A DNA stretch of 62,563 nucleotides, the filler included, from Pseudomonadota bacterium (lineage in GTDB: Bacteria; Desulfobacterota; Desulfobacteria; Desulfobacterales; JBDRRP01): the NCBI GenBank assembly GCA_043825735.1. It is 5 parts of 5 records of this genome, joined end to end, with 100 filler letters (N's around TTAATTAATTAA, not from the genome) between each part and the next. Parts side by side here need not be neighbours in the genome. Positions count along the whole stretch, not along the records: positions 17,116 to 35,683 come from JBDRRP010000077.1; positions 35,784 to 47,725 come from JBDRRP010000079.1; 3 more parts are not named here. One strand, given 5' to 3'. Of this stretch, positions 30,482-39,789 are shown piece after piece. The notes under the pieces were generated by a model. That model saw nothing but the letters and a program-made list of their open reading frames with translations, had not been told where the DNA came from and ran no database searches. The translations under genes were made by a program, and so were the position numbers. Position 1 is the stretch's first letter; each line of letters opens with the position of its first letter.

Positions 30482-31456
30482 ATGGATAGAAAAAAAAATT
30501 CTTTATCGCAGACTACCGGAAAGGATTTTCAAAACCAGCCCTCAGACTTTTTTCATCTGTGGCGAATTCCATTTAACGATGAAAAAGAGCCTTCAAAACT
30601 TGTGATTGCGCTTCGCGAGCGGATCAAGGAATTGAACTGCTTGTATGGGATAGCACAGCTGGCAGAACGTCATTCTGATTCGGTTGAAGATCTGCTGCGA
30701 GATCTTGTTAATTTTTTGCCCTTTTCGTGGCAGTATCCGGAAATTACGTGCGCCCGGATTATTTTCCAAGGAAAAACATACCAAAGTAAGGGATTTAAAG
30801 TTGCGAAGTGGCGGCAATCCTCGCGTATTTTTGTGTATAACGAACCCAAGGGTGAAGTCACCATCTTCTATCTGGAAGAGCGTCCGCCAGCGGACGAGGG
30901 ACCATTTCTAAGAGAGGAACGCGCCTTACTGGATGAACTGGCCAAGAGAATCGGCACTGCCGCAATGCGGATTTCTGCTGAACTGGAATTGCAGGAGATT
31001 AACAAGCAGTTGACCTTGGAACGAAAGGCATTGCAGGAGGCGAACGCAGCGCTTCGGTCGGTTTTGGCAAGGATCGAAGAAGAAAAGCAAGAAATATATA
31101 TGAATATACGTACGAACATTGATAAGATTTTGATGCCGATTTTGCATGAATTGATTCTGAATTTACCCCAAACTCAGAGGAAATATGCAGAGATGTTAAA
31201 GACCAACCTGGAGGAGATAGCGTCTCCGTTTGTCAGCCATTTGTCAAAAACCCACCTTTCTCTGACACCGACCGAGATTAATATTTGTAATATGATTCGA
31301 AGTGGATTGCGGACCAAAGAAATCGCTCAGATTAGAGGTGTATCCGCGGCTACAATTAACCGTCACCGGGAACATGTCCGCCGGAAGCTCAAGATTGCCA
31401 ATAGCGACACCAATCTTATGTCCTACTTACAATCAAGTATGTGGACGAAAGGTTGA
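30482..31456 (+). CDS. LuxR-type HTH regulator with an N-terminal ERIKELNCLY sensory-like domain
   Basis: C-terminal LTPTE..IC.MIRSG..TKEIA..RGVS..TI..HR..VRRKL; divergent from the Fe-S operon. Confidence 0.8.
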   Translation: MDRKKNSLSQTTGKDFQNQPSDFFHLWRIPFNDEKEPSKLVIALRERIKELNCLYGIAQLAERHSDSVEDLLRDLVNFLPFSWQYPEITCARIIFQGKTYQSKGFKVAKWRQSSRIFVYNEPKGEVTIFYLEERPPADEGPFLREERALLDELAKRIGTAAMRISAELELQEINKQLTLERKALQEANAALRSVLARIEEEKQEIYMNIRTNIDKILMPILHELILNLPQTQRKYAEMLKTNLEEIASPFVSHLSKTHLSLTPTEINICNMIRSGLRTKEIAQIRGVSAATINRHREHVRRKLKIANSDTNLMSYLQSSMWTKG

Positions 31457-31851
31457 AGAAGACGTGACAAATCTTGAAATTTTGTCTTTAAAATAAATGT
31501 GTTAGAAAGGAAACTTGTGTACATCTTGCCAGAAAGTCATATATCAAATGATTCCAACAAAATGTGATACGATTAACATAGTCGCATCCCAGATGGAACA
31601 TCATTGGAAAACCGCGATCATCTCCCGCACGCTATATATTGTATAATTTTGTTCCGAACCAATCGAGGCTTCGGGTGAGGATTTCTTGCGGCTATATCAA
31701 CTCGCATTATCAGATTAATATCATAGATGATTTCGTTTGCAAATCGCAAGCTTGCTGGACTTATTTATTTCAATTTGCATTGAGAAAAATTCTTTACATT
31801 AGCCGATAGTTTCTGAAAAATTTTCATGAAATGTCCGGGCTAATCTTCCGG

Positions 31852-33447
31852 TTATCTCTTGCCGTGCTGAAACGATGCAACACCGGCAGGCAGGTTGATT
31901 AGATGCTCCCCCTGAAAGGATAGGCAGCGTCCCACCGGATATGCCTCCGGCAGAGCGTTTTTAACGTGTTCGAAGGTTTCCGGCGGGCATGCAAATAACA
32001 GCTCGTAATCCTCACCGCCGGCAAGAACCATCTTTTCGGGTTTCAGGTGATATTTTTTACAGAAGGATATCAGGCCGGGATCAAGCACGCAGCCGCTCAA
32101 GTCGAATTCGATGGAAAGTCCGGAGGCCGCAGCAATATGCCGGGCGTCTCCAGCCAGCCCGTCGCTGATATCGATGACGCATCCTACATTGTTTTGAGCC
32201 AGAATCCGGGCGGCATCAAACCGTGCTGACGGGAACTTGAATTTTGCAATCAGGGATTTAAAGGCCGGATCGTTTCTAAGCAGCGACTCAAGGCCGGCAC
32301 GGGCCAGGCCGAGAGGTCCGGTACAATACAGTCCGTAGCCGGGAAGGGCACCTGATCGGGCCGGGAAAACAGCATCGTGACCCCGGCCGACGGCAAACAG
32401 GTCCAGCGACAGTTGGTCGGCAGCGGAAATATTGCCGCCGCCCAAGGCGGCGCCGTATTTTTCAAGGGCTTTGTTGATCCCTTTGTAAAGCGCCGCAACG
32501 GTGTTGTCGGAAATATACGCAGGGAGTGCCAAATTGACAAAGAGGGCAACGGGGACGGCATAGGAAGCGGCGAGGTCACTGAAGGTTATTTCAACCGCCT
32601 TTTCCCCGACTTCTGCGGGTGTTTGCCAGTCAAACCTGAAATGGACCCCTTCTCGCTGGGTATCCGTGGTGATCACCGGGTTGGTTACAGCTTCAAGAAG
32701 ACAGGCGTCGTCTCCAGGCCCAATCTTAAGATAGGGGCCGGTCGGTGTGTGTTTGATCAATTTATCGATCAGCACGAATTCATCCTGCCACGGGGAAGCC
32801 AGGGAGGTGCGGGGCTGGCACCCGCAGGCGGATGAGAGCTTTAGCGCAATTTGCAAAGGATTTTCAGCGCGAGTAAGGGCACTGATCACGGCAACACCGG
32901 CGGCCCCCCGGATGAAACAGGCTTTGGCGTTGGCAGGGTCAATTCCGCCGATGGCGACAACAGGCCGCAGCGAGGATTTAATCAGAACTTCGAGGCCCGC
33001 AAGGCCGATCGCTGCTTTGGCATCCGCTTTTGTGCGGGTGTCAAAAACAGGGCCTGCGCCGATGTAATCACAGGGTGAAAGATCGCTTTTTTCCAGTTCC
33101 GAGACACTGGACACCGACAGCCCTACAGCGGCTTGAGGCCCTAAAATGTCTCTGGCCAAAGCCGGGTCATCATCATCTTGGCCGAGGTGGACGCCGTCGG
33201 CCCCGAGTGCTTTGGCCAGCAGAATGTTATCGTTGACAAGAAACGGGACGGCGTTGCATTTGCATATGTCCCTGATGGCCGTAACTTCCTGTAGGAAACG
33301 AGCAGAGAACGCTTTGTTGCGGTACTGGATGACGGTTGCCCCGGCGGCAATGGCGATGCGCACCTGTTCGACCGGCGGCAAGTCAGGGGCGCCGTCGTCG
33401 GTGATGAAGTAAAACCGGAGCGCTTTTTGTAAGCGTTCTAAAAGCAT
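31852..33447 (-). CDS. thiE: Fused thiamine-phosphate synthase / thiamine-monophosphate kinase (ThiE-ThiL)
   Basis: N-half QYRNK, VND, GVHLGQDD, GPVF.T.TK, VAIGGI (ThiE); C-half GDDAC, GVHF, SDLAA, GGN, IDISDGL, GGEDYELLF (ThiL), one continuous frame. Confidence 0.9.
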   Translation of the reverse strand: MLLERLQKALRFYFITDDGAPDLPPVEQVRIAIAAGATVIQYRNKAFSARFLQEVTAIRDICKCNAVPFLVNDNILLAKALGADGVHLGQDDDDPALARDILGPQAAVGLSVSSVSELEKSDLSPCDYIGAGPVFDTRTKADAKAAIGLAGLEVLIKSSLRPVVAIGGIDPANAKACFIRGAAGVAVISALTRAENPLQIALKLSSACGCQPRTSLASPWQDEFVLIDKLIKHTPTGPYLKIGPGDDACLLEAVTNPVITTDTQREGVHFRFDWQTPAEVGEKAVEITFSDLAASYAVPVALFVNLALPAYISDNTVAALYKGINKALEKYGAALGGGNISAADQLSLDLFAVGRGHDAVFPARSGALPGYGLYCTGPLGLARAGLESLLRNDPAFKSLIAKFKFPSARFDAARILAQNNVGCVIDISDGLAGDARHIAAASGLSIEFDLSGCVLDPGLISFCKKYHLKPEKMVLAGGEDYELLFACPPETFEHVKNALPEAYPVGRCLSFQGEHLINLPAGVASFQHGKR

Positions 33448-33655
33448 CTTTTCTATCCTACTGTTGAAAACTTTGTCTTTTGGGCTTGCATTAAAATATC
33501 ACAAATCAGGATGCTTTGAAATCTTTTTCAAAATCGTTGAATGATGCAGAAAGCTTATTATGCTTGACCATTTTTGAATACTTATGTACCAAAACATATT
33601 AGAGGGCTTTACTAACGCAAATAATTCATTAAACATTTTAAGGCGGGGGATCATT

Positions 33656-34039
33656 ATGAAGAAGAACATTTTAATTGTGGACGACGAGCCCTCCATCCGT
33701 GATTCTTTGCAACGGACATTGCGCAATCTGCGTGATGGATGCGTCTTTTTCACAGCCGGAAACGGGGTCGAAGCCCTGAAACTGATGCAGAGCACCCCCA
33801 TCGATCTTATCATCACCGATTTGCTGATGCCGGAAAAGGAAGGGTTGGAAACCATCATGGAGGTGCGCAAATGTTTTCCCGCTGTCAAGATTATTGCCAT
33901 ATCCGGCGGTGGCAGAAATGGAACCATCGACTTTCTAGATGTTGCTGAAAAGCTTGGCGCCTCGTATACGCTAAGCAAGCCGTTTACTCCGGAAGAAATT
34001 CGGGAGGTCGTGCAAGAGGTTCTAAACGGCCTGGAATAA
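33656..34039 (+). CDS. Single-domain response regulator
   Basis: ILIVDDE, DLIITDLLMP, IAISGG, KPF. Confidence 0.9.
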   Translation: MKKNILIVDDEPSIRDSLQRTLRNLRDGCVFFTAGNGVEALKLMQSTPIDLIITDLLMPEKEGLETIMEVRKCFPAVKIIAISGGGRNGTIDFLDVAEKLGASYTLSKPFTPEEIREVVQEVLNGLE

Positions 34040-35683
34040 TAGATCCATTTCGTCATCCTGTGTTTCTGCTTTGATTTCCGGAGCGTCATCCAGAGGGAGA
34101 CGAATGATGAACGTGGTACCCTTGCCGATTTCCGTTTCGAATCTGATGGTCCCGCTGTGTTTTTTTACAATGACCGCATGTGAAAGGGCCAACCCCTGCC
34201 CCGTACCTTTGCCCACCTCTTTGGTCGTAAAAAACGGGTCGAAAATTCTGGTTCTGATGGACTCCGGCATGCCTGTTCCGGTATCGCTAACACGAATCTC
34301 GGCCCAATGACCGTCTCGGCGAGTACATACTCGAATCGTGCCTTTTTCCCCGGAGCCGTCACCGGCGGCCGCGGCAATGGCATGGCAAGCATTAATGATC
34401 AAATTCAGTATCACCTGGTTAAATTCACCAGCAAGGCACGGAACCGCCGTAAGGGTTGAATCGAAATCGGTTTTCATCGCCGCTACATACTTCCATTCGT
34501 TGCGTGCTACCGAAATCGTGCTCTGGATGGCTGCATTGATGTCAACGGGCGCTTTTCTTGTCGTTCCAGGATGCGAAAACTCCTTCATGGCTCTGACGAT
34601 ACCGGCCGTGCGGTTGACGCCTTCTATGGATTGCTGGATCGCCAGGGGAATATCTCGCAAAAGATAATCCATATCAGATTCACTTCTGGCAATCTCCACC
34701 TCTCTAACAAGATCTTTCGGAACCTCGCCGGTTTTGATTGCCTGAAACAATTTGTCATATTTTTCAAGCACGTTAGTGATCTCATCAAATGAATCCCGAA
34801 GGAAATGGATGTTGTCACTCACGTATTGGGTGGGCGTGTTGATTTCATGCGCGATGCCTGAGGCCAACTGTCCGATGGATTCCAGTTTCTGGGCCTGCGC
34901 CAGTTGCTCCTGTAAAATCCTGCGCTCGGTGATATCGCTGGCGATACCCCTGAACCCGATTCTGCGGCCTCTATTATCTTTCATTAAAGATATGGAAAAC
35001 CCTATCTGCCGTTTAACCCCGTCTTTTCTGATGAACTCACAAATAAGTCCTTTTTCAGGCTCTCCTGTTCTGTAAACCTTGTTGAACGTTTTATAGGCCC
35101 GGGCAGCATTTTCTTTATCCATATACTGCCGGTTGTTCATACCCATTAATTCGTCTCTGGAATAACCGAAGATTTTACACATGGCGTCATTGAAAAACGT
35201 AAAGTTCCCGGCAAGGTCATATTCGTAATATCCCTGTTCGATACTTTCAAGGATGGTTCGATATTTTTCCTCGCTCGCCCGCAAGGTTTCCTCGGCCTGC
35301 AGGCGTTCATCCAAGAAATCGTCGACATCTCCTTTGATGATGGCGATAGCGTCAAAAACAGCCTTGAATGGATGGGAATCGCTGATATGGTCTGATAAAA
35401 TTCCTTGTTGATCCCAGTTGATGGTTCCCATGACTTGCAGCAATTCCTGGGAGTATTCTCTGATCTGTTCTTCGGTAAATAGTATGGGGGGCGGTTTTTT
35501 TCTTTTTTCTGGCTTTGCCGGCGCTTTTCTCGAAATTTTCCCAGTTGAGTATACGATAGTAATATCCTTTGGCGGTTAATCCGGATTCATCAAGGACTTT
35601 TTGCTGAAGGTTGAAATATTTTTCCACATAAGCTTCTTTCAGAATTCCGTAAGCCGTCGTATAGAGAATATCATTTCCGATGA
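34022..35683 (-). pseudogene. PAS sensor histidine kinase, 5'-truncated by the contig end and frame-broken near 35495-35510
   Basis: PAS, GIAHEINTP, NQVILNLIINA, DPFFTTKEVGKGTGQGL; the upstream frame (..RILNWENF..KARK) does not join the downstream frame (..KPPP..TEEQIREYS). Confidence 0.75.
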
Positions 35684-35783
35684 NNNNNNNNNNNNNNNNN
35701 NNNNNNNNNNNNNNNNNNNNNNNNNNNTTAATTAATTAANNNNNNNNNNNNNNNNNNNNNNNNNNNNNNNNNNNNNNNNNNNN
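35684..35783. other. Artificial contig linker
   Basis: N run with TTAATTAATTAA. Confidence 0.98.
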
Positions 35784-36422
35784 GCCCTTCGTGCCGTGTT
35801 CACCGAGCGTTACACCGCCATTGATCATATGGAAGTGCTGACCAAGATGCTGGAATACGGATTCGACCCGGCCGGTGAGGTTCACTTCTCTCTGGATCAG
35901 GAAATCATGGTGATGAAGGTGCCAGAGTATGACCGGCAGTTTCAGGTGTCTGAGCGGGATAAGATCGTGCCAGGCATTTCCATCGCCAATAGCGAGGTTG
36001 GCATTCTGGCCCTGTCCATCGAGGCTTTCTATTACCGGCTGGTCTGCACCAATGGCCTCATCGCCAAGACGGCAATCAATAGCCGGTACAAGCACATTAG
36101 CCGGCGGGTCCTGGACGAGTTCCCCGATGTTCTGCGTGGGGTGATTCATCAATCCCGCCATGGCCAGGATCGGTTCCTTCACAGCACCCAGACGCCGGTG
36201 GACAATCCCGAGCGCACCATCGAGACCTTCGCCCGGCAGTTTCAAATCACCCAGGAAGAAACGGCCATTATCAAGCAGGCCTATTTCCATGAGCCCGGCG
36301 CCACCATGTTCCATGTGATCCAGGCGTTCACGAGGGCAGCCCAGGCTCCCAGCCTATCTGCCACAGAAGCCTACCGGCTGGAAAGAGCTGGTGGTCACCT
36401 CCTCGGCATGGTCCGCAACTAA
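35784..36422 (+). CDS. DUF932-like phage/plasmid protein, 5'-truncated
   Basis: GISIANSEVG..AFYYRLVCTNGLI..KH motif typical of DUF932 proteins. Confidence 0.72.
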   Translation, partial: ALRAVFTERYTAIDHMEVLTKMLEYGFDPAGEVHFSLDQEIMVMKVPEYDRQFQVSERDKIVPGISIANSEVGILALSIEAFYYRLVCTNGLIAKTAINSRYKHISRRVLDEFPDVLRGVIHQSRHGQDRFLHSTQTPVDNPERTIETFARQFQITQEETAIIKQAYFHEPGATMFHVIQAFTRAAQAPSLSATEAYRLERAGGHLLGMVRN

Positions 36423-36530
36423 CCACCCGATCCCCGCTTAATCGAATCAGCGGCATTTCACCAAGAGCCCTCGTGGTGCGCCCTGCCGGCGTCATCACGG
36501 GGGCTTTTCCTATTTCTAAAGGAGGAAACC

Positions 36531-36998
36531 ATGACTCACATCGGTATTGTCGGCGCCAGGAAATACCAGGACCGCCAATCAGTCATCGACTTGATCAATA
36601 CGCTTCCCCGAGGCTCCATCATCATCACCAGTTCCTGTCACGGCGTATGTACCTGGGCAGGAGAGGCTGCCAAAGCGGCGGGCTTCAAAGTCCGCATCTA
36701 CGCGCCGGATCTCAGCGGCATTCAGAACCACGCGGACATGGTGGAGCGTTACTATCGCCGGAACCGGGAGCTCATCGCGGCCTGTCACATCGTTCATGCC
36801 TTCATCAGCAAGGTTGATGGCCTCACCGGCGGCACGAAATACGAGGTCCAGTACGCCAAACGCTTGGGCAAAGAAATCGTTCTTCACTGGGAAGGCGGTA
36901 AGGTCGAGCGGGTGCAGCGCCAGGCATCGTTGTTCGGGACCCCAGAGCCGGAGTTTACGGCCGGCTGGATGAAGTTTTTCACCGAAGCGCTGGGATAG
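36531..36998 (+). CDS. SLOG superfamily (DprA/YspA-like) small protein
   Basis: IGIVGAR, RNRELI, GGT motifs of the SLOG fold; AAAGGAGG RBS. Confidence 0.68.
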   Translation: MTHIGIVGARKYQDRQSVIDLINTLPRGSIIITSSCHGVCTWAGEAAKAAGFKVRIYAPDLSGIQNHADMVERYYRRNRELIAACHIVHAFISKVDGLTGGTKYEVQYAKRLGKEIVLHWEGGKVERVQRQASLFGTPEPEFTAGWMKFFTEALG

Positions 36999-37070
36999 GC
37001 ACAGCCACATCTGCAACAGCCCTCATGGTCCATTGGATCGTGGGGGCTTTCTTTATTAAAGGAGGAACCA

Positions 37071-37418
37071 TTGAGACGAATGAAACGAACCCGCATCAGC
37101 AAGGAATCGACAGAGGACATGATCGCCGCCGGGCGATTCAATCCAAGCCTGGAGCTCACTTTCAGGGACAGCCGAGGCCTTCACACCCACAAGATCGCCG
37201 CCGGCTACCACGACGGACTTCACATCTATCACGATAACGGTCTGACCTACGTGCTCACGGTCAACTTCTATCTCGATTACGTCGGTCTGGAGGTGTTCGA
37301 CGGAGACCAGACCGCAGGCGAGGTGTTCTTTCAGGGCGACCAGGCCAGGGAGGTCCTTCCCCGTGAGGACCTGGCACCGTTCACCATGATCCGCCGGCTG
37401 ATGCACTACATCGGCTGA
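37071..37418 (+). CDS. Hypothetical protein
   Basis: Strong RBS (AAAGGAGG) before TTG; member of the small-gene array. Confidence 0.6.
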   Translation: MRRMKRTRISKESTEDMIAAGRFNPSLELTFRDSRGLHTHKIAAGYHDGLHIYHDNGLTYVLTVNFYLDYVGLEVFDGDQTAGEVFFQGDQAREVLPREDLAPFTMIRRLMHYIG

Positions 37419-37500
37419 TTCAAAGCATTCACCAACTCATAGCCCCAGTGGTGCCTTTGGCGCGCCGGGGCTTTTCATTTTCGCGAAAGGAGCACCCAGC

Positions 37501-37710
37501 ATGGACGATTACTGGCACGCAATATCTGAAGCGCATCAGCAGAAGCTCAGCCACCTGGCCGATACCCACGGAGTCACCACCCAGTGTGTGCTCCGGAACA
37601 TCCTCCGGCACATGAAATGGGAACTGGGGCAGATGTCCCGCATCGATGGGTTCCAGCACTTCATCACGGCCCGGAAGGTCGAGCAGATGATTGACCTGAT
37701 CGCGAGGTGA
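37501..37710 (+). CDS. Hypothetical protein
   Basis: AAAGGAG RBS + ATG; member of the small-gene array. Confidence 0.55.
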   Translation: MDDYWHAISEAHQQKLSHLADTHGVTTQCVLRNILRHMKWELGQMSRIDGFQHFITARKVEQMIDLIAR

Positions 37711-37781
37711 TCACATTCGCAAACATCTACGGGAGCCCTGTCGGTGTTCAATTCGGCGGGGCTTCATATTTGGAGGACACC

Positions 37782-38012
37782 ATGACCAACAAGGAAAGGA
37801 AGCGGTTGCAGCGGCCGGAAAGGCTCTGGAGCATCCTGCTGAGGGTGCTCGGCAGCCGGCGGTTTCTGGTGGATACCGGACGGTATGAGACATTCGGGGC
37901 TGACATTGGCAAAGAAGAGAATATGAGGAGCAGCGGCCGGTGCTTGAAAAAGCGGTTGCAGTTTGTGCAGGCACTCACTTACAATCAGAAACGGAGGCAG
38001 GACCATGAGTGA
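37782..38012 (+). CDS. Hypothetical basic protein
   Basis: GGAGG RBS + ATG 37782; overlaps the next gene. Confidence 0.45.
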   Translation: MTNKERKRLQRPERLWSILLRVLGSRRFLVDTGRYETFGADIGKEENMRSSGRCLKKRLQFVQALTYNQKRRQDHE

Positions 38013-38301
38013 TTTTGATGATGATTTCGGTGATTACGACGACGGCGGTTTCATGGATGACTGCCCCATGGATGATGATTCCATGGAGGATCAGTTCGAT
38101 GAAGCTATGCCCGATGAGGACATGTACGATCCAGGCGATGAAATGACCGGCGCTGGTGAAACTGAATCAGATGGATTCACCGGGGAAGACGCCTTTTTTC
38201 TGGGGAGCGCAGTGGGATGGGCTTACGAGGAGGGCCGTGATGAGGCTGAACGGCGAAGGCTGCTTAAAAAGGAGTGGCACGAAGGCAGGAAAAAGGGTTA
38301 A
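38005..38301 (+). CDS. Highly acidic small protein
   Basis: GGAGG RBS; D/E-rich N-terminal two thirds, basic tail. Confidence 0.6.
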   Translation: MSDFDDDFGDYDDGGFMDDCPMDDDSMEDQFDEAMPDEDMYDPGDEMTGAGETESDGFTGEDAFFLGSAVGWAYEEGRDEAERRRLLKKEWHEGRKKG

Positions 38302-38384
38302 TCTGGATCAATCCTGAACGATAAAATGGGCTAATGGGAATGGTGTTCCTGCGAGGAATGCCATTCCTAAGGCTCTATTAACAA

Positions 38385-38423
38385 ATGATTACGAGATATT
38401 ACCAATATTGGCAAACAGTGCTC
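38385..38423 (+). repeat. 39-bp motif shared with 49718-49756 (putative recombination site)
   Basis: ATGATTacgagATATTACCaATAtTGGCAAACAGTGCTC, 33/39 identical to the copy upstream of the integrase. Confidence 0.7.
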
Positions 38424-38519
38424 ACGTAAAGGAATCGGGATTAGGCTGACGTCGGCCTAATCCATGTTAAACGCGACGTCTATTAAAGATGGATGCTATG
38501 CAAGGTAAGGAGGAAAAGC

Positions 38520-38966
38520 GTGCCCGTAATTAAGCTCTTTATAGGCTCATCATCTGCAGCAAAATCGCAGGCCAAAAAATTTGTTGAAACGCTCTCGAAT
38601 TCTACCATAAGGTTTATACCGTGGTGGGATAGCATCACCCCGGGTCAGTTCTTGTTGGACGAACTTGATTCTATCTATAAAAAAGTTGACGGTGCCGTCT
38701 TGATTTTCTCTCCAGAATCAGAAACGACTATAAGAAAGGACAAAAAGAAAATCCCTAACCTAAATGTCCTTTTCGAGTTTGGATATTTCTTGGGGGCACT
38801 AGAACGAAAGAAAGTTGTATTGGTCAAATATGGCCAGTTCTATTTACCGTCTGACTTTGGTGGGTATCAGTGGATTCATGGCAGTAAGGGCTTCCGCCGT
38901 GGCGGAGTTCAGGCTCTAAGCGTTCGAACAAAAAGAGAGTTCGGCCGCTGGCTTGCGAAATTATAA
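38520..38966 (+). CDS. Stand-alone TIR domain protein (Cap12/Pycsar-effector-like TIR)
   Basis: LFIGSS, PW, D.AVLIFSP, PNLNVLFEFGYFLGAL (catalytic Glu), LPSD..G; AAGGAGG RBS + GTG. Confidence 0.8.
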   Translation: MPVIKLFIGSSSAAKSQAKKFVETLSNSTIRFIPWWDSITPGQFLLDELDSIYKKVDGAVLIFSPESETTIRKDKKKIPNLNVLFEFGYFLGALERKKVVLVKYGQFYLPSDFGGYQWIHGSKGFRRGGVQALSVRTKREFGRWLAKL

Positions 38967-38970
38967 CACA

Positions 38971-39032
38971 GCATAACCCTTGCCACTTCAGCCGGCTGAA
39001 AACAGCGCTGCGGGTGCCTATCGGCGTTATGA
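38971..39032 (+). mobile_element. attC-like integron cassette site
   Basis: GCATAAC (R'') ... GTTATGA (R'), complementary CATAAC/GTTATG ends, 62 bp, immediately after the TIR stop. Confidence 0.55.
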
Positions 39033-39045
39033 AAGAACCCATACG

Positions 39046-39783
39046 ATGAAACTCGATATCATCGAAATGTCACAGATGGAGCATAATTCTGTTGTAGGTT
39101 CTGCAGCCAAGTATGGGACTTCTTTTGTCAATGCTCACGATATAGTAGCCTTCTCTTGGGTTTGCCTTAAAAGTGTGAGACCTGACGCCTTTGCATTCAT
39201 CCTATTCCTAAGCCAATTTCAGAAGAGCATTACTCTAAGTTTACTGTCGGCACTAAGAAACCATGAAGTGCAGTTTAACTTAATGCTTCGTCAGGCTCTG
39301 GAGGCTGGTGCTTTGGCCAGCTATGCACTTCATAGTCCTGATGTTGAAGGTTTTGCTAGAACCGATGCCCACGACTGCCTTTTCACAGACAGAAAAGTGG
39401 CAAAAAAAGCGTACAAATGGCTTGAGTCAGAGTACCCCACTCATTCGAAAAGCATGAAGTATATGAAAGATCAGATCAATGAGTCCTATGCCCATGCCAG
39501 TATATTACCTGCATCAGACAATATCCAATTCGATTTCCACAAGATAGGCTCAACGTTTTTCGACAAACCGGACGAACTAATTACCATCCAACATTTATGG
39601 TGGATCGGGAATGTAGTTATCGGAATACTTGATCTTTTCGAGCATATCACAATGCGCTATCCGAAGGTTACACTGGTGCCGGATTTTCGGAAGAAGATGC
39701 AGAGGTTTGGTCGTGACAACACGCGGATAAAGATAGAGTTACAAACAAATCCACGATTCGCCAGATGGATTCAATTGACATGA
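39046..39783 (+). CDS. Hypothetical all-alpha protein, possibly HEPN-related
   Basis: LRQALE and a downstream YAH resemble HEPN-like/DUF5677-type proteins; AT-rich. Confidence 0.5.
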   Translation: MKLDIIEMSQMEHNSVVGSAAKYGTSFVNAHDIVAFSWVCLKSVRPDAFAFILFLSQFQKSITLSLLSALRNHEVQFNLMLRQALEAGALASYALHSPDVEGFARTDAHDCLFTDRKVAKKAYKWLESEYPTHSKSMKYMKDQINESYAHASILPASDNIQFDFHKIGSTFFDKPDELITIQHLWWIGNVVIGILDLFEHITMRYPKVTLVPDFRKKMQRFGRDNTRIKIELQTNPRFARWIQLT

Positions 39784-39789
39784 TGGTGT

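Larger units (their letters stand above)
36466..37763 (+). repeat. Four related intergenic hairpins (36466-36505, 37018-37048, 37441-37472, 37734-37763), each directly before an RBS
   Basis: AGCCC(T/C)..GGT..GGGGCTT stems followed by a T-rich tract and (AA)GGAG. Confidence 0.8.

Noticed and set aside
33448..33655. TPP riboswitch upstream of thiEL (also looked upstream of thiD)
   Set aside because: No CTGAGA...CCTGA-type core seen on the minus strand in either leader.
36466..37763. Possible CRISPR or attC array interpretation of the hairpin repeats
   Set aside because: Units are separated by whole genes, are not identical and lack RYYYAAC/GTTRRRY ends; no cas genes seen.
38409..38423. Sigma54 promoter reading of TGGCAAACAGTGC
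   Set aside because: GG to GC spacing is 8, not the required 10.
38520..38966. Calling the TIR gene part of CBASS, Pycsar or Thoeris
   Set aside because: No cyclase, STING/cNMP sensor or ThsA effector is visible on this contig.
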